Positions 10,085 through 20,659 are shown, counted from the first letter of the stretch. The stretch is 64,000 nt of DNA from Minisyncoccota bacterium (GCA_041664425.1 JBAYKU010000001.1:29272-93271), one strand, 5' to 3'. Numbers and translations: made by a program. Notes: a model not told the origin generated them from the sequence alone.

Positions 10085-10522
10085 TTATATACCCCTATCC
10101 TCGCCTGGGTAGTTGATAACTTTAGCTTGCATCTGAATAAATTCTTCTTTGTTAGGGATACTCTCGGCTCGCCAATGTTTGAAGCCGTCGCCTTCAAAGC
10201 GGGGGATAATATGAATGTGGGTATGAAAAATCAGTTGGCCAGCTGCTCGGCCATTGTTCATTCCAAGATTGATGCCATCGGCTTGGGTGCCTATTTTAAC
10301 CATATGGGCTACTTTTTGGACGGTTTCACCCAGTTCTCGAAGAATTGTGGGAGACAAATCAAATAAATCATTGGCATGATCTTTAGGTATGATTAGGGTG
10401 TGGCCGGGATTGATGGGGTTGGCATCAAGAAAAGCTAAAAAATGGTCATTTTCCCAGATTTTATAACAGGGAACTTCTCCAGTAATAATTTTGCAAAAAA
10501 TACAGCTTATTTGGTTAGTCAT
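10085..10522 (-). CDS. HIT family (histidine triad) hydrolase
   Basis: HTHIHIIPR histidine-triad motif. 145 aa. Confidence 0.8.
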   Translation of the reverse strand: MTNQISCIFCKIITGEVPCYKIWENDHFLAFLDANPINPGHTLIIPKDHANDLFDLSPTILRELGETVQKVAHMVKIGTQADGINLGMNNGRAAGQLIFHTHIHIIPRFEGDGFKHWRAESIPNKEEFIQMQAKVINYPGEDRGI

Positions 10523-10586
10523 AATTTAAGAGTTAGGATAATTGATGTAATCTATAGTATATTGGACTGACCAAAAAAACAAAAAT

Positions 10587-12344
10587 ATGGCAAAAGAATG
10601 GCAATTAGCTAAAAAACCAGCCCCCTCGGCAGTTAAAAGTTTGTCTGGATACTCGGACCTGGTTTCTCGATTACTTTTTTATCGTGGTGTTAAAAATAAA
10701 ACAGTCGCTGAAAAGTTCCTCAATCCTAATTATGAGACCGATCTCCATGATCCATTTTTAATGAAAGACATGGACCGGGCCGCTAAGAGGGTGCTGACAG
10801 CGATTGAATATGACGAGAGAATCATTATTTTTGGCGATTATGATGCTGATGGAGTGCCGGGGACAGCCATCATGGCCACTTTTTTTAATCAAATTGGCTT
10901 TACCAATTACGAAGCCTATATTCCTGATCGTCACAATGAAGCCTACGGTTTAAATTCCAAAGCTATCGAAAAATTTGCCAACAGTGGTGCCAAGCTGATT
11001 ATTACGGTTGATTGTGGTATTACCAATTTTGAAGAAGTGGTCTTTGCAGATAAGTTGGGTATCGAGGTGATTATTACTGACCACCATCTCGCTCCAGAGA
11101 AAATTCCACCCGCTTATGCTGTCGTAGACGCCAAACAAAACGATGACCAGTATCCATTCAAGATGCTTTCTGGGGCCGCGGTGGCTTTTAAACTAGTATT
11201 AGCCATTTCTAAACTAAAGGATTTCAATTTAGTTCCTGGCTGGGAGAAGTGGTTGTTGGACCTGGTGGCTATTTCCACTATTACTGATATGGTGACTTTG
11301 GAGGATGAGAATCGGACCCTAGCTTTTTTTGGTTTGAAGGTTCTGCGTCAGACCAAGCGCTTGGGTTTGGTCAATTTGCTAGCGGTAGCTAAAATTGACG
11401 GCGTTCATATTACTGAGGACGATGTTGGTTTTATGATCGGACCCAGACTTAATTCAGCCAGTCGTATGTCTCATGCCGATGATGCCTTTTCTTTGATTAT
11501 GACCAAAGACCAGGCTGAAGCCCGAGCCATAGCCGATCAGCTCGAAAAACAAAATAAGGGTCGCCGTGAAATCGTGGAAAAAATAATTCAAGATGTTGCC
11601 CGTTTGTATGATAGCGATAATGATTCTTCAAAAATAATTGTTATGGGATCGCCAGAGTGGGGTCTGGGTGTTTTGGGTCTGGCTTCATCACGTTTGGTAG
11701 AAAAATATGCCAAGCCAGTTTTTTTGTGGAGTAAAAATGGCAATGGTGAGATCAAGGGTTCTTGTCGTTCTGATGGTTCTATTAACGTGGTGGAACTCAT
11801 GCGGGCAGTAGGGCCTGATTTCTTTATTGATTTAGGTGGACATGCTATGGCTGGGGGCTTTTCTCTATTACCGGAGCGAGAAGCTGAATTGGCTGTCCGT
11901 CTAAACGGTGCTTTGGAAAAAATTCCCCAGACGGAAGTTGAAGCTATAATCATTGCTGAAGCCGAGCTGACTATTGATGATATAAATCGTCAGACGGCCG
12001 ACGAAGTCTTGTCCCTAGCTCCTTTTGGGGTAGGAAATCCTAAGCCGATTTTTCTCTTGAGAGATTTATCGTTAACTGAAGTAAAAAGTTTTGGCAATGG
12101 GGGGCTGCATTTGGAATTAAAATTTACCAAAAACGATGGTTCTTTAGTCACGGCCATAGGCTTCTTTATGTGTAAGCCAACCTTTTTTGCTGAAAAGTTT
12201 GATAGTAAAAATGGCCATAAGTTTTCCGAAGTTGATTTGGCCGTCGGCCGGCGAGTTGACCTACTAGCCTCGATCGAAAAAAGCTATTTTAGGGGACGGG
12301 AAGAGATTAGATTGAGGATTGTTGATGTTCGTCATCCTAAATAG
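10587..12344 (+). CDS. recJ: Single-stranded-DNA-specific exonuclease RecJ (DHH family)
   Basis: DHH motifs (ITDHH) and a DHHA1 region. 585 aa. Confidence 0.85.
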   Translation: MAKEWQLAKKPAPSAVKSLSGYSDLVSRLLFYRGVKNKTVAEKFLNPNYETDLHDPFLMKDMDRAAKRVLTAIEYDERIIIFGDYDADGVPGTAIMATFFNQIGFTNYEAYIPDRHNEAYGLNSKAIEKFANSGAKLIITVDCGITNFEEVVFADKLGIEVIITDHHLAPEKIPPAYAVVDAKQNDDQYPFKMLSGAAVAFKLVLAISKLKDFNLVPGWEKWLLDLVAISTITDMVTLEDENRTLAFFGLKVLRQTKRLGLVNLLAVAKIDGVHITEDDVGFMIGPRLNSASRMSHADDAFSLIMTKDQAEARAIADQLEKQNKGRREIVEKIIQDVARLYDSDNDSSKIIVMGSPEWGLGVLGLASSRLVEKYAKPVFLWSKNGNGEIKGSCRSDGSINVVELMRAVGPDFFIDLGGHAMAGGFSLLPEREAELAVRLNGALEKIPQTEVEAIIIAEAELTIDDINRQTADEVLSLAPFGVGNPKPIFLLRDLSLTEVKSFGNGGLHLELKFTKNDGSLVTAIGFFMCKPTFFAEKFDSKNGHKFSEVDLAVGRRVDLLASIEKSYFRGREEIRLRIVDVRHPK

Positions 12345-12359
12345 TATTATTCAAGAGTT

Positions 12360-12812
12360 ATGGCTAAATTTATAATCTATACTGACGGTGGTTCGAGGGG
12401 TAACCCTGGTGTAGCGGGCTGTGGAGCCGTGGTGGCGGATGCTTCAAACCAGGTGCTTAAGAAGGCTTCTAAGGCTCTAGGAACAGCTACAAATAACGAA
12501 GCCGAATACCAGGCCGTTATTCTCGGATTAGAAACTCTTAAAAAAATAATTAGCGGTGAAAAGCTGAGACAAGCGGAGGTGGAGGTTAAAATGGATAGTC
12601 AATTAGTGGCTAGTCAACTGGCTGGCACCTACCAATTGCGAGAGGAAAGGCTTTTTCCGTTTTTTATTAAGATTTGGAATTATCAAGTAAAAGATTTTCC
12701 CAAAATAAAATTTACCTATATTCCACGCGCACAAAATAGTCTGGCTGATGGTTTGGCTAACGAGGCAATGGATGGTGTCGGTGACAACCAAAACAAATTA
12801 TTAGATTTTTAG
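12360..12812 (+). CDS. rnhA: Ribonuclease HI
   Basis: FIIYTDGGSRGNPGVAGCGAVV RNase H fold motif. 150 aa. Confidence 0.8.
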   Translation: MAKFIIYTDGGSRGNPGVAGCGAVVADASNQVLKKASKALGTATNNEAEYQAVILGLETLKKIISGEKLRQAEVEVKMDSQLVASQLAGTYQLREERLFPFFIKIWNYQVKDFPKIKFTYIPRAQNSLADGLANEAMDGVGDNQNKLLDF

Positions 12813-12841
12813 TGACCGGCCTCAAAAACCGGTTTTAATTT

Positions 12842-12891
12842 TCACCCTATAGAATAAAAATTGTTTACAATTTTAATTTTAAATTAAGACA
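12842..12891 (+). promoter_or_regulatory. Second copy of the conserved promoter/operator block (TTTACA-N16-TAAGAC)
   Basis: Near-identical to 883-943. -35 at 12864-12869, -10-like at 12886-12891. Confidence 0.45.
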
Positions 12892-12957
12892 GTAATTTTA
12901 TTCTTACATCATCACAAAGCCAATTAGTAATTAATGTATAGGGTCGTTAAAAAATAA

Positions 12958-12983
12958 TTTAAAATTTATTCAATAGGGTAAAT
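12958..12983 (+). promoter_or_regulatory. Second copy of the 26-nt leader block TTTAAAATTTATTCAATAGGGTAAAT
   Basis: Identical to 1005-1030. Lies 6 nt upstream of the ATG at 12990. Confidence 0.4.
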
Positions 12984-12989
12984 AAATAT

Positions 12990-13343
12990 ATGGCAACTGA
13001 AGGTTTTAATTTTGATACTTTGGGCAGAGAAGGAGAAATTCCTGAGAATGCTCGTCAAGCAGAACGCGAATTTACTGAGACTTATTCTGATAGTCGAGAA
13101 AAAAATCGTCAGCACGATTTACTGTGGAGAGTTATTGCTAATAAGAAAGTGGATAATATTTTAGATATTCCTACCGAACAACTGCCAGAGCTTTATGCGG
13201 CGGCTAGATTATTTTCTCAGCCAGCAAATTTTAAAGAATTAACAGGTGGGGCAGAGAGCTGGCAAGTGACGAGGGCAGAGAGATTGATTAGTCAACTATT
13301 AAGAGATGCTGAATTGGCCGAGAAAAGAGGGGCTGCCGCTTAG
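12990..13343 (+). CDS. Hypothetical acidic protein, first gene of the comEC locus
   Basis: 117-aa ORF with no recognisable motif. Shares its upstream regulatory module with pilB. Confidence 0.5.
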   Translation: MATEGFNFDTLGREGEIPENARQAEREFTETYSDSREKNRQHDLLWRVIANKKVDNILDIPTEQLPELYAAARLFSQPANFKELTGGAESWQVTRAERLISQLLRDAELAEKRGAAA

Positions 13344-14805
13344 TTTTTTACGTCAACTTCTCTTTTTTCTCATCCTGGGATTTTTTGTTGGAGTAGTTGT
13401 TTCGATAAATCAATTTGTTTTTGGCTGGTTGATTTACCTCTTTGCTGGTTGGGGAGTGGTCGGATTATTTTTAGCTTGGCGCTACCAAGTTTCTCGTTTT
13501 TGGTTGCTAATATTTAGTGTTTTTTGTTTGGGTCTGGTCTTGGGACAATGGCGAGCTATGCCTAGAGAAAATTGGGGCGCCAATATTTGTTCTGATCTGG
13601 GGCATAATTTCTCTGGTCTAGTGGTGGCTGAGCCGGTAGCTGGAGAATTTAATCAACGTCTGGTTGTTCGACCGGCTGGAAAAAATTTTAATGTTTTACT
13701 TTTTGCTAAACGTGATGGCGATTGGCGTTATGGTGATGAAATCAATTTTCAAGGTAGTCTCCAAGAGCCAAAAAATTTTCAAACTGACACCGGCCAAGAG
13801 TTTGCCTACAAAAATTATTTATTGAAAGATAATATTTTATGTCTAGGACGAGGTGGGCAAGTGACCTGGCTGTCTGGCGGTCACGGTTCAAATACGAAAC
13901 GAGTTTTGTTTACTGTTAAAAAAGAATTTTTAAATACTATCAATCGTTACTTGCCCGCTCCGCAGTCCTCATTATTGTCAGGAATTTTATTGGGGGTGCA
14001 GTCGTCTTTACCACAAACAGTGTCCGATGATTATCGTCGAGCGGGCCTGACTCACATTTTAGTTTTGTCGGGACAAAATATTTCTATTATTGCCAGTGCC
14101 TTGATGATTATCTTTGGCTGGGCTGGGCCATTGATTTCTTTTGTGATTGTTGTGACTGGCTTGGTTCTCTTTACTCTCATGGCCGGGGCTGGAGCGTCAG
14201 TGGTCCGGGCGGCTGTCATGGGTCTCCTAGTGGTGTTGGCTCGAGCCGTCGGTCGACCTTATGCTGGCGGTCTGGCTTTGGTAACGGCCGGCGCTCTAAT
14301 GGTTTGGTTTAATCCTCGACTGCTAGTTTTTGATCTCGGTTTTCAGTTATCTTTTCTCGCCACGCTCGGACTTTTTTATGGTACACCCATGATGGCTCGA
14401 TTATTAAAATTTTTACCCGCCACTTGGGGTTTGCGAGAAATCACCAGCATTTCGGCTGGAGCAATTTTATTTACTTCGCCCTGGTTGGCTTATTCTTTTG
14501 GCCAACTATCTCTGGTGGCCTTGCCGGCTAATATTTTAGTGGTGCCAACTGTAGAAATGACAATGTTGTTTGGTTTTTTGACTGTGGTCTTTGGTTGGTT
14601 ACAAATACCCTTCGCTTGGCCCTTGGCCTTTATCTCCAGTCTGTTATTAAAATGGAATCTTTTTATTACTAGTTTCTTTGCTCATTTGCCGGGAGCTTCG
14701 ATTGTTATTAAAAATGTTTCTTTGGTGTTTGTGATATTTTTTTATTTAATTATTTTGGGAGCTGTTCTCCATGACAAAAAACTCAGTCAAAAAAAATCGA
14801 CTTGA
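13306..14805 (+). CDS. comEC: ComEC/Rec2 DNA-internalisation channel, N-terminal OB/DUF4131 plus competence membrane domain
   Basis: 499 aa, polytopic. Contains the ComEC competence-domain motif LTHILVLSGQNIS. Confidence 0.75.
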   Translation: MLNWPRKEGLPLSFLRQLLFFLILGFFVGVVVSINQFVFGWLIYLFAGWGVVGLFLAWRYQVSRFWLLIFSVFCLGLVLGQWRAMPRENWGANICSDLGHNFSGLVVAEPVAGEFNQRLVVRPAGKNFNVLLFAKRDGDWRYGDEINFQGSLQEPKNFQTDTGQEFAYKNYLLKDNILCLGRGGQVTWLSGGHGSNTKRVLFTVKKEFLNTINRYLPAPQSSLLSGILLGVQSSLPQTVSDDYRRAGLTHILVLSGQNISIIASALMIIFGWAGPLISFVIVVTGLVLFTLMAGAGASVVRAAVMGLLVVLARAVGRPYAGGLALVTAGALMVWFNPRLLVFDLGFQLSFLATLGLFYGTPMMARLLKFLPATWGLREITSISAGAILFTSPWLAYSFGQLSLVALPANILVVPTVEMTMLFGFLTVVFGWLQIPFAWPLAFISSLLLKWNLFITSFFAHLPGASIVIKNVSLVFVIFFYLIILGAVLHDKKLSQKKST

Positions 14806-14820
14806 GATATAATTGACCTA

Positions 14821-15648
14821 ATGAATTTGAATTGGCAAAAAATCAAATGGCTCGGTCTCGGTTTATTAACCTTGATTACTATTTTTGTTTGGGTGGCTAT
14901 TTGGCAATTGGCGCCATCTCCGAAAATGTCTGTAGCTTTTCTCGATGTTGGCCAGGGTGACGCAATCTTGATTGATACTCCGCACCATCGGCAGGTTTTA
15001 TTGGATACTGGCCCAGGGTCAGCCGTCCTGCCATCTCTAGGTCAGGCGATGCCATTTTTTGATCACTCTCTGGATTTGATTTTACTTAGCCATGGCGATA
15101 GTGATCACTCTGGCGGCCTGTCTGATGTCTTGTCTCACTATTCTTTGGATTATTTTCTGGCTGGTAATTGGGCGATTGGTAATAAAAAAGTTATTGGTAA
15201 AAATGATTTTCTATCAGCTGAAGCGGGGACAAGGATAGAATTGGAGCCAAATATTTTTCTCGATGTTATCGAAGGGGGAACCACTAATAAAAAAGATAAT
15301 GTTGATTCGCTGGTGGCTAGATTGAGCTACGGTTCAACGACTTTTTTATTGACCGGTGATTCTGTCTCTAAAGAAGAAACTGATGAAATAAATAAATTGG
15401 GGGATTATTTGCAAGCCGATGTTCTGAAAGTGTCTCACCATGGTTCACGGACTTCGACTAGTGGTAATTTTTTAGTGCGAGTACGACCACCGTATGCCGT
15501 GATTTCGGTCGGGGCGGATAATCGTTATGGACATCCTACTGCCGAAACATTAGAGCGTTTGAAAAAAATTGGGGCAGAAATTTTACGGACCGATGAACAG
15601 GGGACGATTGTGTTTGAGAGCGATGGCCAAAAAATTATCAAAAAATAA
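14821..15648 (+). CDS. ComEC C-terminal metallo-beta-lactamase domain as a separate ORF
   Basis: VAFLDVGQGDAILID ... LLSHGDSDHSGGL ... LKVSHHGS. Separated from the upstream ORF by 15 nt, with stops in all three frames. Confidence 0.75.
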   Translation: MNLNWQKIKWLGLGLLTLITIFVWVAIWQLAPSPKMSVAFLDVGQGDAILIDTPHHRQVLLDTGPGSAVLPSLGQAMPFFDHSLDLILLSHGDSDHSGGLSDVLSHYSLDYFLAGNWAIGNKKVIGKNDFLSAEAGTRIELEPNIFLDVIEGGTTNKKDNVDSLVARLSYGSTTFLLTGDSVSKEETDEINKLGDYLQADVLKVSHHGSRTSTSGNFLVRVRPPYAVISVGADNRYGHPTAETLERLKKIGAEILRTDEQGTIVFESDGQKIIKK

Positions 15649-15675
15649 GGGGGTCAACCGTAGTTGTCCCCCTTT
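15649..15675 (+). terminator. Putative terminator hairpin
   Basis: ggggg ... ccccc stem followed by ttt. Confidence 0.4.
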
Positions 15676-15925
15676 AGATTTCACCGGCTGCCCTTGGATC
15701 TGGTGATACGGGGGCAGTTTTATTTTAACCATGTGGAGTGCTCAGTCCCTTTCTATATCTTCTCGGACTGCGGAGTCACTTGCCGAGGAGACACTTAGTG
15801 AAATCTAATTTCAAGTTAGCATAAAATTTATTTTTGGCAATAATTAAGGGCCCCACTGTTAGGTAGGGCCCAAAGGTTGGGCGGTTGGCTTCCAGAGCGT
15901 ACATCGCTCCTAAAGTGCAACTTCC

Positions 15926-16303
15926 TTATTCGACTATGTTGGCCAACAGGACTTTCGTCCCGTTTTTCTTCAGACCAAGTTTGTCGGCCGCTTTAGACGA
16001 GATGTCTAAGTCGCGGCCACTAATGTATGGACCTCGATCTTTGATTTCGACTACTAACTGGTAGCCGGTCTCGAGGTCAGTGAGTTTTAGCTTCGTGCCA
16101 ATGGGCAGCTCTTTGTGGGCTGCCGTTGTCGGGTCTTCGGCCCGAAAACTTTCCCCATTGGCCATCCGGCGCCCTTGAAGTTCGCGTCCATACCAGCTGG
16201 TGTTAACCATGGCTGGCGGGAACACTTGATCCATAGGACGGATTTGACCACTATTGATTGAATTAGACGAAATCAATATGGCCAACGTTACCATCACTCC
16301 CAT
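15926..16303 (-). CDS. RlpA-like double-psi beta-barrel (DPBB) lytic-transglycosylase-like protein
   Basis: WYG...TA.GE...TAAH..LP.G..L.....NG..V.I.DRGPY... pattern with an N-terminal signal peptide. Perfect SD AAAGGAGGT upstream. Confidence 0.7.
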   Translation of the reverse strand: MGVMVTLAILISSNSINSGQIRPMDQVFPPAMVNTSWYGRELQGRRMANGESFRAEDPTTAAHKELPIGTKLKLTDLETGYQLVVEIKDRGPYISGRDLDISSKAADKLGLKKNGTKVLLANIVE

Positions 16304-16376
16304 TGCATACCTCCTTTGTGTTGACGAACTTCAGTCCCGAGGGACATCTATTCGCCACCGCCCAAAGTCTGACCTC

Positions 16377-16405
16377 ATCTTAATACTTTTAGGTTTATAT
16401 GTCAA
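16377..16405 (-). promoter_or_regulatory. Putative sigma70 promoter TTGACA-N17-TAAGAT for the RlpA-like gene
   Basis: Read on the minus strand. Confidence 0.35.
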
Positions 16406-16464
16406 ACTTTACCCTAAAAATATGGCTGAATAAGGCCATTTTGTGTAGTACGTATTAGGACAAC

Positions 16465-16502
16465 AAAAAATTGCCGCTTGGGCTCCCAAGCGGCAATTTT
16501 TG
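16465..16502. terminator. Bidirectional terminator hairpin
   Basis: aaaaattgccgctt ... aagcggcaattttt. Confidence 0.6.
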
Positions 16503-16504
16503 TC

Positions 16505-16708
16505 TTAGACGATCTTGATTTCGAGGTTTTTGCCCTTTTTGAGGCATTTGGTACAGATTTTTACCCGGGAACCGTCAGCGAGCTTGGCCCACTGTAAATT
16601 CGGCTGTTTTCTCTGAACAGGAATCGGATTGTATTTGGTAGCACGAACACGGTTGGAGTAACCTCCGACCAATAAACTACCTTTTTCGCAAATAGGACAA
16701 TTTTTCAT
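16505..16708 (-). CDS. rpmB: 50S ribosomal protein L28
   Basis: MKNCPICEKG...RATK...PNLQ pattern. 67 aa. Confidence 0.65.
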   Translation of the reverse strand: MKNCPICEKGSLLVGGYSNRVRATKYNPIPVQRKQPNLQWAKLADGSRVKICTKCLKKGKNLEIKIV

Positions 16709-16761
16709 AAGATAGTTCGTATGCTAACATAGGATATTAATCATTGCAACCCTATTAACTC

Positions 16762-17373
16762 ATGGAAACCACCGTTATATTTTCAATTGTTATCTTAGTG
16801 ATGTCTGTCGTTCTCCACGAAGTCTCTCATGGTTTCGCGGCCTATTTATTGGGTGATCCGACTGCCAAGATTGCTGGTCGTTTGACTTTGAATCCTCTTA
16901 AACATCTCGATTGGATGGGTTCAGTTATTGTGCCCCTGATTCTATCTCTTTTTCCAGGTGGGTTTATTATTGGCTGGGCTAAACCAGTACCCTATAACCC
17001 ACATATGCTCCGAGGAGGGAAGTACGGACCAGCGATGGTGGCAGGGGCTGGGCCGGCTATGAATTTGGCCATTGCTGTCTTTTTTGCCTTCCTGATTCGT
17101 TCGTCTTTGGCCATGAGTTTGGGTGGTTCGACTATGGTCGTTCTAAGTGGAACCATTGTTTTGACTAATGTCGCCTTGGCTATCTTTAACCTGACCCCAG
17201 TGTCTCCTTTCGATGGTTCAAAAATTCTTTTTGCCTTTTTACCCCGAGCTTGGAGAGGGGTGGAAACTTTTTTGGAAAGTAATCAGCTAATAGTTATTTT
17301 GGTGGTGATTTTAGGGATGGGCTATATTTTGAGTCCTGTGACTAGCGCCATCGTTCATCTACTTTTGTGGTAA
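16762..17373 (+). CDS. Site-2 protease family (peptidase M50) membrane metalloprotease
   Basis: HEVSHG (HExxH) motif in TM1. Polytopic, 203 aa. Confidence 0.65.
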   Translation: METTVIFSIVILVMSVVLHEVSHGFAAYLLGDPTAKIAGRLTLNPLKHLDWMGSVIVPLILSLFPGGFIIGWAKPVPYNPHMLRGGKYGPAMVAGAGPAMNLAIAVFFAFLIRSSLAMSLGGSTMVVLSGTIVLTNVALAIFNLTPVSPFDGSKILFAFLPRAWRGVETFLESNQLIVILVVILGMGYILSPVTSAIVHLLLW

Positions 17374-17465
17374 AAAGCCGAGACCGACTGCTCGGCGCTA
17401 GATATTAGCCCTCTGGCTATCATTTTTTCTTGCATTTTCGGTCGAGATGTATTAGAGTGTCTCCG

Positions 17466-17891
17466 ATGCCTACAATCAATCAATTGGTTCGCAAGCCTCG
17501 TAAACCGCTCATCAATAAATCGAAAGCGGTTGCTTTAGCTCGCGGTTTTAACTCTCTTAAAAACAAACCAGTTTTCTACCCATCACCTTTCAAGCGCGGT
17601 GTCTGTTTGTCGGTTAAAACGACTACTCCAAAGAAGCCAAACTCTGCTCTCCGTAAAATTGCTCGTGTCCGTTTGACCAATGGTATGGAAGTGACCGCCT
17701 ATATTCCAGGTGAAGGTCACAATTTACAGGAACACTCAGTGGTCGTGATTCGTGGTGGTCGGGTTAAAGACTTGCCAGGTGTTCGTTATCATATTGTTCG
17801 TGGTGTCCTCGATGCCTCTGGTGTTGATAAGCGCCGTCAGGGTCGTTCCCGTTACGGTTCCAAGCGTCCAAAGAAGGATGGTAAAAAATAA
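17466..17891 (+). CDS. rpsL: 30S ribosomal protein S12
   Basis: [14 protein letters not shown]-terminus. The ATG at 17466 is preferred over the upstream track start. Confidence 0.9.
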   Translation: MPTINQLVRKPRKPLINKSKAVALARGFNSLKNKPVFYPSPFKRGVCLSVKTTTPKKPNSALRKIARVRLTNGMEVTAYIPGEGHNLQEHSVVVIRGGRVKDLPGVRYHIVRGVLDASGVDKRRQGRSRYGSKRPKKDGKK

Positions 17892-17914
17892 TCACAATTT
17901 TAAATAAATAATCT

Positions 17915-18397
17915 ATGCGTCGTCCCGTCAAAAAACCTACTCGAATCAAGCCTGATCAAAAATATAACTCGATCAAGGTCTCTAAGTTGACCAACTATAT
18001 TATGGAACGCGGTAAGAAAAATGCTGCTCGCGATGTCGTTTATGGCGCTTTTGATATTATTGCCGAAAAGACCAAGAAAGATCCGATGGAAGTCTATGAG
18101 GAAGCTCTGAACATTATCGGTCCATCAGTGGAAATTCGTTCTAAGCGTGTCGGTGGTGCTAACTATCAAGTGCCTCACGAAGTTCGTCCAGAACGCCGCT
18201 TGGCTCTAGCTTTGCGTTGGATTATTGACGCGGCTCGTTCACGCAAGGGGATGCCAATGCGACAACGTTTGGCCGAAGAATTACTTTTGGCTAGCAAAAA
18301 CGAAGGTGAAGCGGCCAAGAAAAAAGACAACGTTCACAAGATGGCCGAAGCCAACCGCGCTTTTGCTCACTTTGCTTGGTCTGGGGGTAGAAAATAA
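17915..18397 (+). CDS. rpsG: 30S ribosomal protein S7
   Basis: Conserved S7 sequence. Confidence 0.9.
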   Translation: MRRPVKKPTRIKPDQKYNSIKVSKLTNYIMERGKKNAARDVVYGAFDIIAEKTKKDPMEVYEEALNIIGPSVEIRSKRVGGANYQVPHEVRPERRLALALRWIIDAARSRKGMPMRQRLAEELLLASKNEGEAAKKKDNVHKMAEANRAFAHFAWSGGRK

Positions 18398-18513
18398 TCT
18401 TAATCTGTTTCTAAACAGATTAAGACCAGTTTAATTTTTTTCGTTTTTTAACGAAAAAAGTGTTTGTCATAATTTTATTATTAAGCTTTTGATTTAACTT
18501 TTAATTTAATCAT

Positions 18514-20658
18514 ATGTCTCGGGATTATCCTTTAGAGAAAGTTCGTAATATTGGTATTATCGCCCACATTGACGCTGGTAAAACTACTACTAGCGAGCGG
18601 GTGCTTTTTTATACTGGTGTGTCACATAAAATCGGTGAAGTCCACGAAGGTGAAGCGGTTATGGACTGGATGGAGCAGGAGCAAGAGCGTGGTATCACGA
18701 TTACTTCGGCGGCCACGACTGCTTTCTGGATTCCGACCTATGCTAAAGGTGATTTAGCTCAGAAACATCGCGTTAACATTATTGATACTCCCGGACACGT
18801 CGACTTTACTGCCGAGGTGGAACGTAGTTTGAAAGTGCTCGACGGTGGCGTGACTGTTTTCGATGGTGTGGCTGGTGTGGAACCGCAGTCTGAGACTGTT
18901 TGGCGCCAAGCTGATAAATATCACGTGCCACGTATTTGTTTCATTAATAAACTTGATCGCATGGGTGCTTCTTTTAGTCACTCTTTCAAAACGATCCAGG
19001 AACGCTTGTCTAAAAAAGCCGTTCGAGTCCAGATTCCTATGGGCGAAGACGATAAGCACGAAGGTGTTATCGACCTTTTGAACATGAAGGCCTATTTGTT
19101 TGAAGGGGATAAAGGAAAAGAAATTAAAGAAATTGATATTCCGGCTGAATTTTTAGATGAAGCGACTAAATGCCGAGCCGAGTTGGTAGAAAAAGTGGCT
19201 GAAAATGATGAACAAATGATGAACGATTATTTGGAGGGCAAGGAAATTGCTATTCCCGATTTAAAGCGTGTCATTCGTAAGGCGACTATTGCCAATGAGC
19301 TTTTCCCAGTTTTTTGTGGTTCGGCTTTGAAAAATAAAGGCGTGCAACTAATGCTTGACGGTGTGGTGGACTATTTACCATCACCACTCGATATCCCATC
19401 AATTAAAGGTGAAGATATTAATACGGGTGAAGAAATCGAACGACGGGCTTCCGACTCCGAACCATTTGCGGCTTTGGCTTTCAAACTTCAATCCGATCCA
19501 TTTATTGGTCAGCTGACTTTCTTCCGGGTTTATTCCGGTACTTTGGCGGCTGGTTCCTATGTCTACAACTCAACCAAGGGAGTCAAAGAGCGCGTCGGCC
19601 GTATTGTTCGTCTCCACGCTAACCATCGTGAAGAAGTGAAGGAAGTCTATGCTGGTGAAATCGCGGCCATCGTCGGTCTCAAAGATACCAAAACTTCTGA
19701 TACTCTCTGTGATGAAAATCACCCAATTATTTTGCACAAAATTATCTTCCCTGAACCAGTGGTGGAAATGCGGATTGAACCGAAAACTAAGGCGGACCAA
19801 GAAAAAATGGGCTTGGCTATGCGTCGCTTGGCTGATGAGGATCCAACCTTCAAAGTTAAAACCGATACCGAAACCATGGAGACAATTATCGCTGGTATGG
19901 GCGAATTGCACTTGGAAATTTTGGTGGAAAGAATGAAGCGCGAATTTAATGTTGAAGCTAATGTTGGTAAACCACAGGTGGCCTATCGCGAAACTATTAC
20001 CATGTCGGCCGAAGCCGAAGGTAAGTATGTCAAACAGTCTGGTGGTCGTGGTCAGTATGGTCATTGCCGTTTGCGAATCAAACCACTCGAAAAAAATATT
20101 GATCCGGACCAAAAAATCGCTAAAAATGTCAAACGCGAAACTGGTTTTGAGTTCATCAACTCTATCAAAGGTGGCGCCGTACCAAACGAATATATTCCAG
20201 CGATTGAAAAAGGCGTCAGAGAGGCGATGGATCGCGGTATTCAAGCCGGCTTCCAGGTCGTCGATGTGTCAGTTGAGCTTTATGATGGTTCTTATCACGA
20301 AGTTGACTCATCTGAAATGGCTTTCAAAATGGCAGGCTCTATGGCTTTCCAGGAGGGCGCCAAACGCGCGAAACCAGTCTTGTTGGAACCTATTATGAAA
20401 GTCGAGGTTATCGTGCCTGAGAAGTTCATGGGTGACATCACCGGTCAATTGTCTAGTAAGCGTGGTCAGATCGAATCAATGGAAGATCGCTTTGGTCTCA
20501 AGGCTATCCGAGCCAAGGTGCCTCTAGCGGAAATGTTCGGCTATGTTACCAACCTCCGCTCAATGACCGAAGGTCGCGGTACCTTCACCATGGAATTTGG
20601 GGAGTACGCGATTATCCCGAACAATGTGGCGTTGGGGATTATTGAGACGAGAAAGTAA
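18514..20658 (+). CDS. fusA: Elongation factor G
   Basis: [11 protein letters not shown]-domain motif. 714 aa. Confidence 0.95.
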   Translation: MSRDYPLEKVRNIGIIAHIDAGKTTTSERVLFYTGVSHKIGEVHEGEAVMDWMEQEQERGITITSAATTAFWIPTYAKGDLAQKHRVNIIDTPGHVDFTAEVERSLKVLDGGVTVFDGVAGVEPQSETVWRQADKYHVPRICFINKLDRMGASFSHSFKTIQERLSKKAVRVQIPMGEDDKHEGVIDLLNMKAYLFEGDKGKEIKEIDIPAEFLDEATKCRAELVEKVAENDEQMMNDYLEGKEIAIPDLKRVIRKATIANELFPVFCGSALKNKGVQLMLDGVVDYLPSPLDIPSIKGEDINTGEEIERRASDSEPFAALAFKLQSDPFIGQLTFFRVYSGTLAAGSYVYNSTKGVKERVGRIVRLHANHREEVKEVYAGEIAAIVGLKDTKTSDTLCDENHPIILHKIIFPEPVVEMRIEPKTKADQEKMGLAMRRLADEDPTFKVKTDTETMETIIAGMGELHLEILVERMKREFNVEANVGKPQVAYRETITMSAEAEGKYVKQSGGRGQYGHCRLRIKPLEKNIDPDQKIAKNVKRETGFEFINSIKGGAVPNEYIPAIEKGVREAMDRGIQAGFQVVDVSVELYDGSYHEVDSSEMAFKMAGSMAFQEGAKRAKPVLLEPIMKVEVIVPEKFMGDITGQLSSKRGQIESMEDRFGLKAIRAKVPLAEMFGYVTNLRSMTEGRGTFTMEFGEYAIIPNNVALGIIETRK

Positions 20659-20659
20659 A

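Noticed and set aside
16304-16470. Possible c-di-AMP (ydaO) riboswitch upstream of the RlpA-like gene
   Set aside because: The predicted 5' UTR from the TTGACA-N17-TAAGAT promoter is only about 70 nt and lacks the conserved ydaO sequence blocks.
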